Assembly (NCBI GenBank): GCA_964588165.1
Contig: CAZPMS010000004.1
Coordinates: 32,019 to 96,018 of the forward strand
Direction: 5' to 3'
Origin: an uncultured Gammaproteobacteria bacterium
Lineage (GTDB): Bacteria; Patescibacteriota; Patescibacteriia; UBA1558; UBA10009
Length of the DNA: 64,000 nt
Below, in pieces: positions 17,775-27,710 of this stretch. Position numbers and translations under genes: made by a program. Each line of letters opens with the position of its first letter. Position 1 is the stretch's first letter. A model generated the notes under the pieces. The model was not told the DNA's origin and did not search any database. It saw only the letters and a list, made by a program, of their open reading frames with translations.

Positions 17775-18461
17775 TTATTCTAAAACTTTTTCCAGTTCGG
17801 CTAAACTTATTAAACCGCTTTTTCTTTGGCCATTAATAAAAAAGTAAGGCGTGCCATCTATTAACAAGCTTTGGCCCTCGTTATAGCCGTCATTTACTAA
17901 AGTCAAGGTTTGCTGTGCCGAATAACATTGGTTAAATTCATTTAAATTCAAATCTAAATTTTCAGCTACGCCCAAATAAAGCTTATCACCTAAGCTTTCT
18001 TGGTTGGCAAAAAGATAAGCGCTGTAATCCCAAAAATTTCCCTGATTTTGGGCGCATCTGGCCGCCACAGCTGCCGAAGTTGCCTGAGGATGTAAAGGGT
18101 TCGCTAAATCTTTCCAAACAATTACAAAATTATTGGGATATTTAGCCACTAAATTCATTAAAACTTCAAAGCTATCAGCGCAATAAGGGCACTGAAAATC
18201 GGCAAACATAACTATTAAATGTTCGGCCTCGGAGCTTCCTAAACGGGGATCGGTAATTTTAAAAACTGGCTCAGATAATGCCGGCTGCTGGGCCTGGAAA
18301 AAAACCCTTTTTAAAGACTCTAAATATTCTTCGCTATCTTTAAGTATATTGATACCGACAAAATACCTTACAATAATCAAAACAACAAAGGCCAAAAGGA
18401 TAGCCAATAATAATTTAAAAATAAGGTTTTCTTGTTTTGAAGATAAGTTGTATTCTGACAT
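17775..18461 (-). CDS. DsbA-like thioredoxin-fold oxidoreductase, membrane anchored
   Basis: N-terminal TM segment and CPYC active site (FADFQCPYCAD). Confidence 0.7.
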   Translation of the reverse strand: MSEYNLSSKQENLIFKLLLAILLAFVVLIIVRYFVGINILKDSEEYLESLKRVFFQAQQPALSEPVFKITDPRLGSSEAEHLIVMFADFQCPYCADSFEVLMNLVAKYPNNFVIVWKDLANPLHPQATSAAVAARCAQNQGNFWDYSAYLFANQESLGDKLYLGVAENLDLNLNEFNQCYSAQQTLTLVNDGYNEGQSLLIDGTPYFFINGQRKSGLISLAELEKVLE

Positions 18462-18521
18462 AATATCGTGTAGCTTGTATCGTGTATCTAGTTAAACGAT
18501 ATACGATAAACAATATGCGAC

Positions 18522-19766
18522 TTATTCTAAATCTATACTTTGTAAATAACCGGTGTAATAATCTTGGAAATATAAAACATCTTCATTTGGAGAAAGAAAA
18601 ACATTAGTGGCAGAATAGCCTATCTGGTCTCCTACTGGCAAAGCTAAAATTGTATTCTGGCCTGTTTGCAAATCTATTTCGTAAAAAGAATCAAAGCTGC
18701 CGGCAGCCAAATCAGGATAAATTCCACTGCCGGTAGGCAGGCTATCAGGCACCCCACAATAAGCTTTATTACCCGCCTCAGAAAAAGTACACTTACTGGG
18801 CCAAGTTTCTAGGCCCAAACTGGCGTTGTTTAAGCCAATCCTATTTCCGCTAGATTCTGCCACCCATAAAGTTGGTTTATAGCCGTTATCTTCATTATAC
18901 ACACTATATAAAAGCTGATTGCCGTCGGGTGTCCACTGGCCCTCAAACCCTCTGCCATAAGTTGTTAAGGATTTAAAATTTTCCTGGTTTTTGCCGATAA
19001 AAATAATCTCTTGGCTATTTGCTCCGGTGTTTTTCCTGAACAAAGCTACAACCTGATTATTGGGAGAAATATTTATATCCACATTGGCAGACTGGTCGCT
19101 TATCCTTTCTATAAACTGAATATTAGTGCCATCACTATCTGCTGTAACTATCCAATTATTTTCTTCTTTGGGGCCTATTACTTCGGCAGCTAAACTATTT
19201 CCGTTGGAGGCAATATCAAAATCCTGAAATTCCTGTGGTAGCGTGTACTGTTTATTTTCGGAAAAATTATAAATAATATTGGAGCCGTCAGGATATTCTA
19301 AAATAGCCATATCAGAATCATTAGACCAAATTATGTTAGATACGGCAAAAAATCTTTGGTCAGCCAGCTTAATAATAGAACCGTCGGCATTCATACGGTA
19401 AAAACGGCCGTCCTGATCATTAAAATAATTAAAGGCTCCATCTGTTGTAATTTTAGGGCTATTTAATTTACTTTTAACAATCGTATTAACCTTGGTATAG
19501 CTGCCATTGGCAGTTTTAGAGACGTCTTCGCCCTCTGGAATACGGCTAATAGAAGGCAAGCTGCCGTTAATATTGGAAATGATTTGATTAATATTTCCTA
19601 TGGTTACTCCGGGCAGTTGGCCGGGATCAAGTGCAGAAGGCGTTACAACAGATGGCCTTTCCGGGGTTATGGGCTTAAAAAATAAATAGTAAATAGCATA
19701 AGCTAAACCAATCACTATTAAAATAAAGGTTACTATAACTATTATTCTTTTTACCTTATCATTCAT
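18522..19766 (-). CDS. Membrane-anchored TolB-like beta-propeller (PD40-type repeats) protein
   Basis: N-terminal TM followed by repeated DGS/DG...I.F motifs (ADGSIIKL, PDGSNIIY, SDGTNIQFI, PDGNQLLYS). Confidence 0.6.
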   Translation of the reverse strand: MNDKVKRIIVIVTFILIVIGLAYAIYYLFFKPITPERPSVVTPSALDPGQLPGVTIGNINQIISNINGSLPSISRIPEGEDVSKTANGSYTKVNTIVKSKLNSPKITTDGAFNYFNDQDGRFYRMNADGSIIKLADQRFFAVSNIIWSNDSDMAILEYPDGSNIIYNFSENKQYTLPQEFQDFDIASNGNSLAAEVIGPKEENNWIVTADSDGTNIQFIERISDQSANVDINISPNNQVVALFRKNTGANSQEIIFIGKNQENFKSLTTYGRGFEGQWTPDGNQLLYSVYNEDNGYKPTLWVAESSGNRIGLNNASLGLETWPSKCTFSEAGNKAYCGVPDSLPTGSGIYPDLAAGSFDSFYEIDLQTGQNTILALPVGDQIGYSATNVFLSPNEDVLYFQDYYTGYLQSIDLE

Positions 19767-19803
19767 ATAAGTTAAATTAAAAAATTAATTCCTCAAAATA
19801 ATT

Positions 19804-20571
19804 TTATTTATATCTTGTTTTATAAACTGATTCTGTATCACTCAAACCCTCTATAGCCTGAAATATAAAAGAGGACGCGATCAGATCATATATATAATAA
19901 ACTAATACCATAAGTATTAAAAATCCTATAAAAAACAAAAAATTTGCAGCAAAAAAACCAATCTTTTGAATTAATATCATTTCACCAAAAATTTTCCTAA
20001 AACCAATCTTATTCATAAAATAATGAAAATTCAAATAAATAATTGCCGGAATGTAATATATTACTGTCCATAACGCCTTAAATGAAATATTTAATACAAC
20101 CCAACTCCAAGAACTTTTAGCAATATCAGATATACTGCCCCCTCTTAATGCTTCAGCAATAGCACCGCCCGCTGCAGATGATTTCGCAATCGAATATTTC
20201 TTTTTAGCCAGTTTCTTTGCTGCTGAATACCCTGCAAGGTTTGAACCTGCAGATCTTAAACCCTTTCCAAGACCCTCTCCTTCTGCCATTTCTCCGGCAG
20301 TTGTCCCAATTGCCTTAGATATATCACCAGTTGAACCGCCAGCGCCATATAAACTTAAACCCAGTTCAGCTGCTTGAGCCAGTCTTTTAATTTTTCTATA
20401 CGTTCTTCTTTTTTTATTTTCATAAATTAAATTGCCATCCTCAACAGCTTTTTTTCCAATCTCTGAAAATCCGTCTGATGTTTTAAAAGAAGGCGAGGGT
20501 GATATATCTTTTTTACTTTTGTTAAACTCTCTTCTATATCTGTTCTCTACTTTTGGTTGTTGAACAGCCAT
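19804..20571 (-). CDS. Hypothetical protein with Gly/Ala-rich middle and C-terminal TM helices
   Basis: ORF with hydrophobic C-terminal segments (FFAANFLFFIGFLILMVLVYYIY). Confidence 0.5.
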   Translation of the reverse strand: MAVQQPKVENRYRREFNKSKKDISPSPSFKTSDGFSEIGKKAVEDGNLIYENKKRRTYRKIKRLAQAAELGLSLYGAGGSTGDISKAIGTTAGEMAEGEGLGKGLRSAGSNLAGYSAAKKLAKKKYSIAKSSAAGGAIAEALRGGSISDIAKSSWSWVVLNISFKALWTVIYYIPAIIYLNFHYFMNKIGFRKIFGEMILIQKIGFFAANFLFFIGFLILMVLVYYIYDLIASSFIFQAIEGLSDTESVYKTRYK

Positions 20572-20581
20572 GTTTATTTAA

Positions 20582-21517
20582 TTAGACTTTAAATCCAATT
20601 TTTCTTAACTTAATTAAATGAATTACTTTCTTATCTAGAAATTTAGTTAAAGCTTTATTTTCTTCTAAAAATCTACCGGCTCTATAAACAGTTGAATAAG
20701 TATCTCTGCTAACTCCCGCCTTTCTCATATAAGCCGCGCCTCTGGTTAACAGTTTAGCTGAGGGCGAGCTAGCCTTGGCAATCTTTTGTATGGCTCCAGC
20801 GCCAACCAGATCAAGCGCCATGAAAGCACCGCCTTCTACGCCATGCATTAATCTTTTCCAGCCCCTTAAATCTTCACCGTCTAAAGTTTTACCTTTCATA
20901 GATTCTGTCATCATTTTAGCCGGCCCTACAATAGGAACCAGATCCAAAGCCCAAGAGCTAAATTTTATAAACTTTTCCCTGCTTTCACTATCTCCTAATG
21001 AAGTAAGGTTGAGTTTTTCCAAAATATCTCCAAATTCTTTTGGAAGATTATCTTTAACCTTCTTAATTAAACCATCTATATTTTCAGCTAAATTATCAGG
21101 AACTTTTCTTACATTTTCTTCAATAATATCATTTATAACTGGAAGCAATTTTTCTTCCAAAACCTCAATTGCCCGTGAAGGAACTTTTTCTTTACCGAAG
21201 CTCAAAAGGTCATCTAATAACCTTTGAGAGACTTCTTTGGAAAGATCATCTAGATTTTCAATTTTTTTTAGCTCGCCAGGTTCATCTTCTGCTTCTACTT
21301 GGATTTCTTTATCAAACTCATTATCATCTTCAACTTCAGCAACTTCTTCAGAAAAATTGCCATTTAATTCAAGTGAGTTCAAATGTTCAACTAATTCATC
21401 ATTTATAGGCTGAGACTCAACTTTGGCTACGTTTTCAAATGAATCCCTGTCCTCCAAATAATTTTCCATTACTAATGTATCTCCCCCCTGATCTAATGAA
21501 TGCGTTTCAAAACCCAT
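20582..21517 (-). CDS. Hypothetical acidic protein
   Basis: 311-aa ORF, Glu/Asp-rich N-half. Lies in the T4SS-like operon. Confidence 0.5.
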   Translation of the reverse strand: MGFETHSLDQGGDTLVMENYLEDRDSFENVAKVESQPINDELVEHLNSLELNGNFSEEVAEVEDDNEFDKEIQVEAEDEPGELKKIENLDDLSKEVSQRLLDDLLSFGKEKVPSRAIEVLEEKLLPVINDIIEENVRKVPDNLAENIDGLIKKVKDNLPKEFGDILEKLNLTSLGDSESREKFIKFSSWALDLVPIVGPAKMMTESMKGKTLDGEDLRGWKRLMHGVEGGAFMALDLVGAGAIQKIAKASSPSAKLLTRGAAYMRKAGVSRDTYSTVYRAGRFLEENKALTKFLDKKVIHLIKLRKIGFKV

Positions 21518-21551
21518 ATTTTTTTATGTTAATTATTATAATAAATTTTTC

Positions 21552-22130
21552 TTATTGCCACTGGGCTGTATCTACCAACCAAGTTTTGCCCGAGCGGATT
21601 AATGATAAAAATATTTTTTGGTAATAAACAAAATCGTCCATGCCTTCTTTGGTTTCTTGCCTTTGCATATTAACCTCTACCTGGCCTGTGCCGGAACTTT
21701 CATCTAAATCTAAAATGGTAACCTTTAAAGCTTTAGAAGTAACGCCGTAAAAATTATCATCAACAGAAGCGGTATCTATAACTTGCTGAAGTTCTGATGA
21801 AAGCTTGGCCGAGGCTAAAAGCTTGGCTTCTTCCAAATTGGTAAAATTACTATCAGTGGAATAACTGCCGTATTTTTCGGAAAAATTCCTGGCCACAACC
21901 GTTAAAGTTTGTTCCACTGCCGAAAGTTGGTTTATTGGCTCTACCGGTTCAAAATCTTTCGCAGACTGCGGCACTTTATTAACTTGATTATCCTTTTGCT
22001 GATTAATATTTAAATTAACCGGCTCTTTGGTAAAAAAATAGCTTTCATCCATTAGTAAAATAGCAATGGCTAAGCCAATAATAACCACTACTACTATTAC
22101 AATTATGGTTTTACTTCTTTTTGATAACAT
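21552..22130 (-). CDS. Hypothetical membrane-anchored protein
   Basis: N-terminal TM (IIVIVVVVIIGLAIAILL). Lies in the T4SS-like operon. Confidence 0.5.
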   Translation of the reverse strand: MLSKRSKTIIVIVVVVIIGLAIAILLMDESYFFTKEPVNLNINQQKDNQVNKVPQSAKDFEPVEPINQLSAVEQTLTVVARNFSEKYGSYSTDSNFTNLEEAKLLASAKLSSELQQVIDTASVDDNFYGVTSKALKVTILDLDESSGTGQVEVNMQRQETKEGMDDFVYYQKIFLSLIRSGKTWLVDTAQWQ

Positions 22131-22144
22131 AAAATTTAATTAAA

Positions 22145-24028
22145 TTATGAAGCGTCTGCCCCTTCGGCTGTCATAGTGGCTTCAAACTCTTTTTTAGAAG
22201 CTTCTATCTCCAGTAGCTGCCTGGGATCCGAAGTTATTATTTGATCCTCGGTATACGAAGCTTTAACTAAAATGGCCACATGCTTTGTGCCGGCAAAAAA
22301 GATACCTTCTCCCACATTGCCTTCCAATAAAAGGTATTTTTCGCCATCCGTTAACATAAAAGTTTTCTGGATCATATCAATAGAGGCCGGCGACTGCCTT
22401 AATAAAAGCTGCAAAGCCGAATTGGTTACAATGGCCTGGCCATAAGGCGACCTTAAAAAATCATTAACATCCTGGGTAATTGTGGTAACTCCTAAATAAT
22501 ACTTCCTGCAACGTTTAACTAGGGCAAAAATAAATTTGGCGCTATCTTCGCGCTGCATCAGCCACCAAGCTTCATCTATAACTAAAATTCTCTTTTTTAA
22601 TTCACTTCTAACGGTTGTCCAAATGTAATTTACAATATTATAAATGGCGATCGGCTTTAACTCATCTTCTAAATCCCTTACCGAAAAAGCTATCAGCTGG
22701 TTTTTAACATCTATATTTGTCGGGCTATTAAACAGGCCGGAAAAAGTGCCTTCGGTATATTTTTTTAATCTTAAAACCAAATCTTCTCCGCCCTCCATGC
22801 CCCCTAAAACTTCCTGGAAATCACTCATTAGCGGCGCCTCTACTTGGGAAAGGTCAGATTCTGAAGTAATATCTTTTTTGGCGTAAGTTTCTAAAAGAGC
22901 CCTATCTATAATGGAATCTTCTTGGTGGGTTAGTTCACCCAGCATCAACCTGATTAAACCTTTTAAAGTTATTACAGCGCTCCTTATAATATCTGCCGGC
23001 CTGGTATCATCGCCAACTCCTTTAGGTAGGTCAAACGGATTCAGTTTGCTTTTAGAATTTAAGGAAATTTTTATATAAGCTCCGCCAACAGCATCAGAAA
23101 GATGCTTATATTCGCTTTCCGGATCAATAATTATAACATCGGTGCCCAACATCATGCTTCTTAAAATTTCCAGTTTAATGGCGTAGCTTTTACCGGCTCC
23201 GGAAGTGGCGAAAACAACTGAATTGGGATTTTGCAGGGTAAATCTGTCAAAAATTATCAAGCTATTATTATGCCGGTTAATGCCGTATAAAATGCCGTCG
23301 TCAGAAGTAAGTTCAGAAGAAATAAATGGAAACGAAGAAGCAATTGGCGAAGAATTCATATTAAATGAAATCTGCAATTCATCATTTCCAAGGGGCAAGC
23401 AGGAGTTAAAGCCTTGCTCCGATTGGTAAAGTGATCTTTTGCTATAAACTAACTTAGAGCCAAAGAGTGATTCAACCTTTTCCGTTAAAAGTTCTAATTC
23501 CTCTTTGCTATCGGCATAAACAGTTAAGTATAAAGCAAATCGGAAAAACTTTTCTGTTCCCTGGGTTAAATCATCCCTTAATTTTTCTATATCCCTTAAG
23601 GCTGTTTCCCGCAGCGGATCTCTGGGGGCGCCCTTTTCGGCGTCGGCCATCAGCTGTGCCTCTAGGCCTCCTACTTTTTTCCTTAACTGTTTTAAAATAA
23701 CATCCGACTTAACAGGATAGAAAAACATAGAAATATCCAAAGGCGAACTGTAATTTACAATTGGGGCAAACCAGCCAACGCTGATATATCTGGGATAATT
23801 TATTACGAATAAAGTGGTTAAAAACTTATTATTTAATTCAATAAACCTAGAATCTATTCTCATTGAAGCAGGAGCAATTAAATCTTTAACCGAGGTAACG
23901 CCTTGGCGATAGCTTTTTTCGGCCTCTAAAACTTCTTTTGATTCTTGGGCTGAAATCTTCTTTTGCGTTTTTGCGCCTTTGCGTTTTTGCGCCTTTGCGT
24001 TTTCTACTTGTGATGGTTTAAATGCCAT
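22145..24028 (-). CDS. virB4: VirB4/TrbE/PrgJ-family type IV secretion ATPase
   Basis: Walker A FATSGAGKSYAI and Walker B VIDEAWWLM (DEAW signature). N-terminal KDLIAPASMRIDSRFIELNNKFLTTLFVINYPR matches the VirB4/PrgJ N-domain. Confidence 0.8.
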   Translation of the reverse strand: MAFKPSQVENAKAQKRKGAKTQKKISAQESKEVLEAEKSYRQGVTSVKDLIAPASMRIDSRFIELNNKFLTTLFVINYPRYISVGWFAPIVNYSSPLDISMFFYPVKSDVILKQLRKKVGGLEAQLMADAEKGAPRDPLRETALRDIEKLRDDLTQGTEKFFRFALYLTVYADSKEELELLTEKVESLFGSKLVYSKRSLYQSEQGFNSCLPLGNDELQISFNMNSSPIASSFPFISSELTSDDGILYGINRHNNSLIIFDRFTLQNPNSVVFATSGAGKSYAIKLEILRSMMLGTDVIIIDPESEYKHLSDAVGGAYIKISLNSKSKLNPFDLPKGVGDDTRPADIIRSAVITLKGLIRLMLGELTHQEDSIIDRALLETYAKKDITSESDLSQVEAPLMSDFQEVLGGMEGGEDLVLRLKKYTEGTFSGLFNSPTNIDVKNQLIAFSVRDLEDELKPIAIYNIVNYIWTTVRSELKKRILVIDEAWWLMQREDSAKFIFALVKRCRKYYLGVTTITQDVNDFLRSPYGQAIVTNSALQLLLRQSPASIDMIQKTFMLTDGEKYLLLEGNVGEGIFFAGTKHVAILVKASYTEDQIITSDPRQLLEIEASKKEFEATMTAEGADAS

Positions 24029-24095
24029 AAATTAGTTATTGGTAACTGGTAATTGGTAACTAGCCTTTAAAAAACTAATTACAAATTTCTGATTA

Positions 24096-24788
24096 CTAAT
24101 TACTATTCACATCCTCTACTCTTAATTGATTAACATCAACCATTTTTTGGGCTTCAATTATTTCTGGGTTGTATGAATTATAATAAAGTTCAATTAAGCT
24201 CTGGGTATCTAAACGGGCTGCCCTTAAACCAATTGAAGAAAGCCCAGAAGCCACAAAATCTACTCTTTTAGCTAAATCCTCCCTGTATATTTCAAACCTT
24301 TTCCTGCTCAAACTAACTGTCCTAGCCGGAGAAAAAGTATCAATTAGCTGTTCGTAAAACTTTTTTTTGTCTTTTTTTATACCGCTATAAGAAACAATTA
24401 CATAAAACTTTTTTGTCATTATTTGGCCAATATCTAACAGCTCTTTTAAAAATGAATGGTAATCGGCAATCTGCATCTTTAAAAGATCGTTAGTTTGCTC
24501 CTTGCCCAATTCTTGTAGCTTTGTTAAATATTTATCTATATTTAAATTCCTAGATTGAATAATTATATTTAGCGGAAAATCTAGAGAGTTTAAAAAACTA
24601 ATATAGGCCTGGATAAGCGCTTTCTGTTCATCTGTTCCTTTTAAAGCGAAGTTTATAGAAGAAACCAGCAGTACTCCTTTAACACTGCCGTCTTTTAAAA
24701 CCACTGTGTCGCTTTTTATTTCTGCAATATCCAAATACTTTTGGGTGGAGTGGTTGGGTTTTAAACCTGCTTGCTTTTTATTTTTCAT
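24096..24788 (-). CDS. Hypothetical T4SS-associated protein
   Basis: 230-aa ORF between the VirB3-like and VirB4 genes. No catalytic motif recognised. Confidence 0.5.
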   Translation of the reverse strand: MKNKKQAGLKPNHSTQKYLDIAEIKSDTVVLKDGSVKGVLLVSSINFALKGTDEQKALIQAYISFLNSLDFPLNIIIQSRNLNIDKYLTKLQELGKEQTNDLLKMQIADYHSFLKELLDIGQIMTKKFYVIVSYSGIKKDKKKFYEQLIDTFSPARTVSLSRKRFEIYREDLAKRVDFVASGLSSIGLRAARLDTQSLIELYYNSYNPEIIEAQKMVDVNQLRVEDVNSN

Positions 24789-24901
24789 GATAACTACTAA
24801 TTACTAATATTTGCTAATATACAAATATTTTTTATGTGTAGAATTGATTTCTCATTCGTATATTAGTAACGATTCGTAATTGGTAGATCAGTATTTCGTA
24901 A
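24789..24901. promoter_or_regulatory. Intergenic inverted-repeat motif pair (ACTAATATACAAAT ... ATTCGTATATTAGTAACGATTCGTAAT), shared with the paralog-array intergenic regions
   Basis: The same words recur at 31637-31716, 34844-34956 and 40565-40803. Confidence 0.4.
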
Positions 24902-25363
24902 TTATTTTAAATCATCCCTAAAAGATAAATCCGGCGTTATTTGCTGGCCACTATAAACTCCACCAGTATCTATTACTAGAGAAAGGTCAGCCAGGCGCGA
25001 ACTGGTAATGGGTGCCTTGGGCGCAAAGCTTACAGGAACAGCCACTTTTTTATCTTCTTTTGCTTTTTTGGAACTAACTTTTATATCTCTTGCCCAAATC
25101 CTTAATTTAGGTTTTTTAAACGTTTGAATGACATTTAAAATAAAATAGTGGAAAGGCATGCCGTTAACTTTGGCAAAGGCAAAGGTGCCAAATAAAAATA
25201 GGGTGGGAATTGCCACAAAGATAAAAAAGCTGAAATCCGAAAGCTTATATTCTATAAATAAAAACAGTCCGGCAATAATTAATATAATAAACTGCCTAAC
25301 GGTAATAGGGCCGATAATTTTATCTTCTACATCAATAAATTGTGGCACAGTAAATTGTTGCAT
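24902..25363 (-). CDS. Small two-TM membrane protein, VirB3/PrgI-like by position
   Basis: Two hydrophobic helices (FIILIIAGLFLFI / FFIFVAIPTLFLFGTFAFA). Lies upstream of VirB4 as in Gram-positive T4SS. Confidence 0.4.
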   Translation of the reverse strand: MQQFTVPQFIDVEDKIIGPITVRQFIILIIAGLFLFIEYKLSDFSFFIFVAIPTLFLFGTFAFAKVNGMPFHYFILNVIQTFKKPKLRIWARDIKVSSKKAKEDKKVAVPVSFAPKAPITSSRLADLSLVIDTGGVYSGQQITPDLSFRDDLK

Positions 25364-25364
25364 T

Positions 25365-26600
25365 TTAAAACCTTAATTTTCTATTTAAATCAGAAATAGC
25401 CTCAAATTCCTCTATAGAAATAATTTGCCTACCCTGCTTGCTGTATTGGCCAATTATTTGCTCAACATCCAACCCATGCTCCATACTGGATTGGCCAACA
25501 GCCACATACATTTTATAAAGCGGGCTTTTTTGCCAAGCTTTAATGCCGGCTGTTTTTTTAGCCAAAGAATCTTCGGCCAATAAATTTATTTTGCTTATAA
25601 TTTTAGCAATTCTTCCTTTAGTTCCTTCTTCTAATCTTCTAAATGTTTCCAAAGTTAATGAAGCCAGCTCGTCTACCGGACCAACTAATTTATAGTCTTT
25701 CCTTACATCTGCCACTCTCCTGGCGCCGGCTTTTAATGGGCGATGAATTCTGGGCATACCCGTAACCCTTCTTCCTTTAATCTGTTTTTTTGTCTCTTCG
25801 GTTTGTTTTTCTAACTTCTCTTTTAATTCTGTGGCTTTTGGTTTTAAGGGAATGGGTTTTAATGGCTTGCTGGCAACTGAAGCTTTAGCCGGCTCCGGAG
25901 GTTGAACAAATTTTATTTTTTCTTTTCCTGCTTCCTCTTTTTCATCAATAACTATCCCATGTTGCCTGCTTACTTTCCCTTTTATTTCTTTTAAAAAAAT
26001 TATTAAACCTCCAACTATGGGCTCCTTTAAGGCCAGGCCGCCTGACTGTTCCGGTTTTTTAAAAACATTCTCAAGATCTATCAAACTCCTCCGGTCACGC
26101 AGATAATTATAAATTATTTGCCTTAGCCTGCTTTTAAGCTGCCCGTTAAGCTGAAGATTATAATTTTCTACTACTTTTATTAATATTTTATCCAGAGAAT
26201 ATTTTTTTTGGCCTGCCAGAGTAGCTGTATCAACTTTGTGTTTAGCCACCTCTTCTTCGTCTTCGGGATGAAAATAAAAACTGGAGGTTTTTTTAATTAA
26301 TACAGGCGGTGGCGGCTGCAGCATCTTTTCCTCCATGCCTGTATCTATGGGTAAATTTGACTTAACCGGTTTTACATCTCTTCTAGATTCGTCTTTTGCC
26401 CCTTGCCCCTTGCCCCTCAACTCTTTATAATCCCTTAGCTCTCCATCTGCTAAAATCTTAAATTCACCGGATTCATCCAAAACCAAAATTTCATCGTCAT
26501 TGATATTTGATTGTTGATTTAAATCTGACATAAAAATTATTTTGGCCTTGCCTATCAATGTCATCCTGAACTTCAGTGAAGGATCCCATTTAGATTGCAA
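25365..26600 (-). CDS. Hypothetical Lys/Glu-rich protein. The first 23 codons of the ORF-track start lie inside palindromic element copy C; ATG 26531 (MSDLNQQ) is the more likely start.
   Basis: ORF continuity. Repeat arm tgtcatcctgaacttcagtgaaggatccc overlaps 26555-26600. Confidence 0.5.
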   Translation of the reverse strand: MQSKWDPSLKFRMTLIGKAKIIFMSDLNQQSNINDDEILVLDESGEFKILADGELRDYKELRGKGQGAKDESRRDVKPVKSNLPIDTGMEEKMLQPPPPVLIKKTSSFYFHPEDEEEVAKHKVDTATLAGQKKYSLDKILIKVVENYNLQLNGQLKSRLRQIIYNYLRDRRSLIDLENVFKKPEQSGGLALKEPIVGGLIIFLKEIKGKVSRQHGIVIDEKEEAGKEKIKFVQPPEPAKASVASKPLKPIPLKPKATELKEKLEKQTEETKKQIKGRRVTGMPRIHRPLKAGARRVADVRKDYKLVGPVDELASLTLETFRRLEEGTKGRIAKIISKINLLAEDSLAKKTAGIKAWQKSPLYKMYVAVGQSSMEHGLDVEQIIGQYSKQGRQIISIEEFEAISDLNRKLRF

Positions 26601-26690
26601 CGTTGCCGGAATAATGGGATTCTTCCTGCCTGCTGGCAGGCGGGCGGTTTTGCCTCAGAATGACGTAAAAGGCAAGACTTTGCTACAGTG
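26543..26690. repeat. Palindromic intergenic element, copy C, with embedded sub-palindrome CCTGCCTGCTGGCAGGCGGG
   Basis: Arms tgtcatcctgaacttcagtgaaggatcccatt ... aatgggattcttc[ctgcctgctggcaggcggg]cggttttgcctcagaatgacg. Confidence 0.55.
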
Positions 26691-27651
26691 TAGTTATCGG
26701 CCTGGACTGTAAAATATAAAATTTATTTTTAACAATGGCCCATTCTATATCTTGAGGGCACTTATAATGTTTTTCAATTTTCTTAATAATATCGGCCAGT
26801 TCAATAATCTGTTTACCGGTGAGTTTCTGTTTTGACTGCTGGGCTTTTATAACCGGTTTTAAAACGCTGCTGCCGCCTGGCTTCATTATTATCTGTTTTT
26901 CCTGGGTAGCAATATTAATATCTAAAATTGTGCCCTCTTTTTTATGGACTACATAACTATCCGGTGTAATTATGCCAGATACAATGGCTTCACCTAAACC
27001 ATAGCCCGCTTCTATAATTAATTGGTTTGTGTCTTGGGTAACCGGATGAACGCTAAAGGCCACGCCTGATACTTCGGAATCTACCATTTGCTGGATAACC
27101 ACGGCCACGCTGACTTTAGTTTTAACCAGTTTTTTTTCAAACCTGTAAAAAATTGCCCTAGGAGTGAACAATGATGCCCAGCACTTTTTAACATTTTCTA
27201 CTACATTCTTTTCATTGATGTAAAGAAAAGTATCCAGCTCACCTGCCCAAGAAGCAATTTTTGAATCTTCTGCAGTAGCTGATGACCTAACTGCCACCCA
27301 CTTGCACTTCAGCTTTTTAAACTCTTTAAGAATTGCCTCTTCTATTGGCTTCGGTACCTTTGAATCCAAAATCATATCGCCAATTGTTTTGGAAGCTTTA
27401 TCAATTGAGTTTACATCCTGGTAATTTACTTTATTAAGTTCTGCCTCTATATGAACATTTAGATCCTGGCCAGGCCCTGTTGGCGGCGGCGTATCATTTA
27501 AAAAGCTTTCAAAAGCGCCTGCTAAAACCACATAACCAGGCGGTACTGCAAGTTTGGCGTTAGTCATTTCGCCTAAGGAAGCACCCTTGCCACCAGCTAA
27601 ATTAACACTTTTTTTTGTAAGTTTACTAAAAGGTAAAACAAACTCTTTCAT
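26683..27651 (-). CDS. Standalone PPDK_N / PEP-synthase-type ATP-grasp (nucleotide-binding) domain protein. It has no His swivel domain and no PEP-utilizers_C domain.
   Basis: GGKGASLGEM, VAVRSSATAEDS, SWAGELDTFL, QQMVDSEVSGVAFSVHP, EAGYGLGEAIVSGIITPDSY and CPQDIEWAI. All are hallmark PpsA/RPH N-domain motifs. Confidence 0.85.
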   Translation of the reverse strand: MKEFVLPFSKLTKKSVNLAGGKGASLGEMTNAKLAVPPGYVVLAGAFESFLNDTPPPTGPGQDLNVHIEAELNKVNYQDVNSIDKASKTIGDMILDSKVPKPIEEAILKEFKKLKCKWVAVRSSATAEDSKIASWAGELDTFLYINEKNVVENVKKCWASLFTPRAIFYRFEKKLVKTKVSVAVVIQQMVDSEVSGVAFSVHPVTQDTNQLIIEAGYGLGEAIVSGIITPDSYVVHKKEGTILDINIATQEKQIIMKPGGSSVLKPVIKAQQSKQKLTGKQIIELADIIKKIEKHYKCPQDIEWAIVKNKFYILQSRPITTL

Positions 27652-27710
27652 TTGCTTTAAGTTAATGAATTATGCTTTATTATACCATAAATTAACTGTT
27701 TCAAACAACG

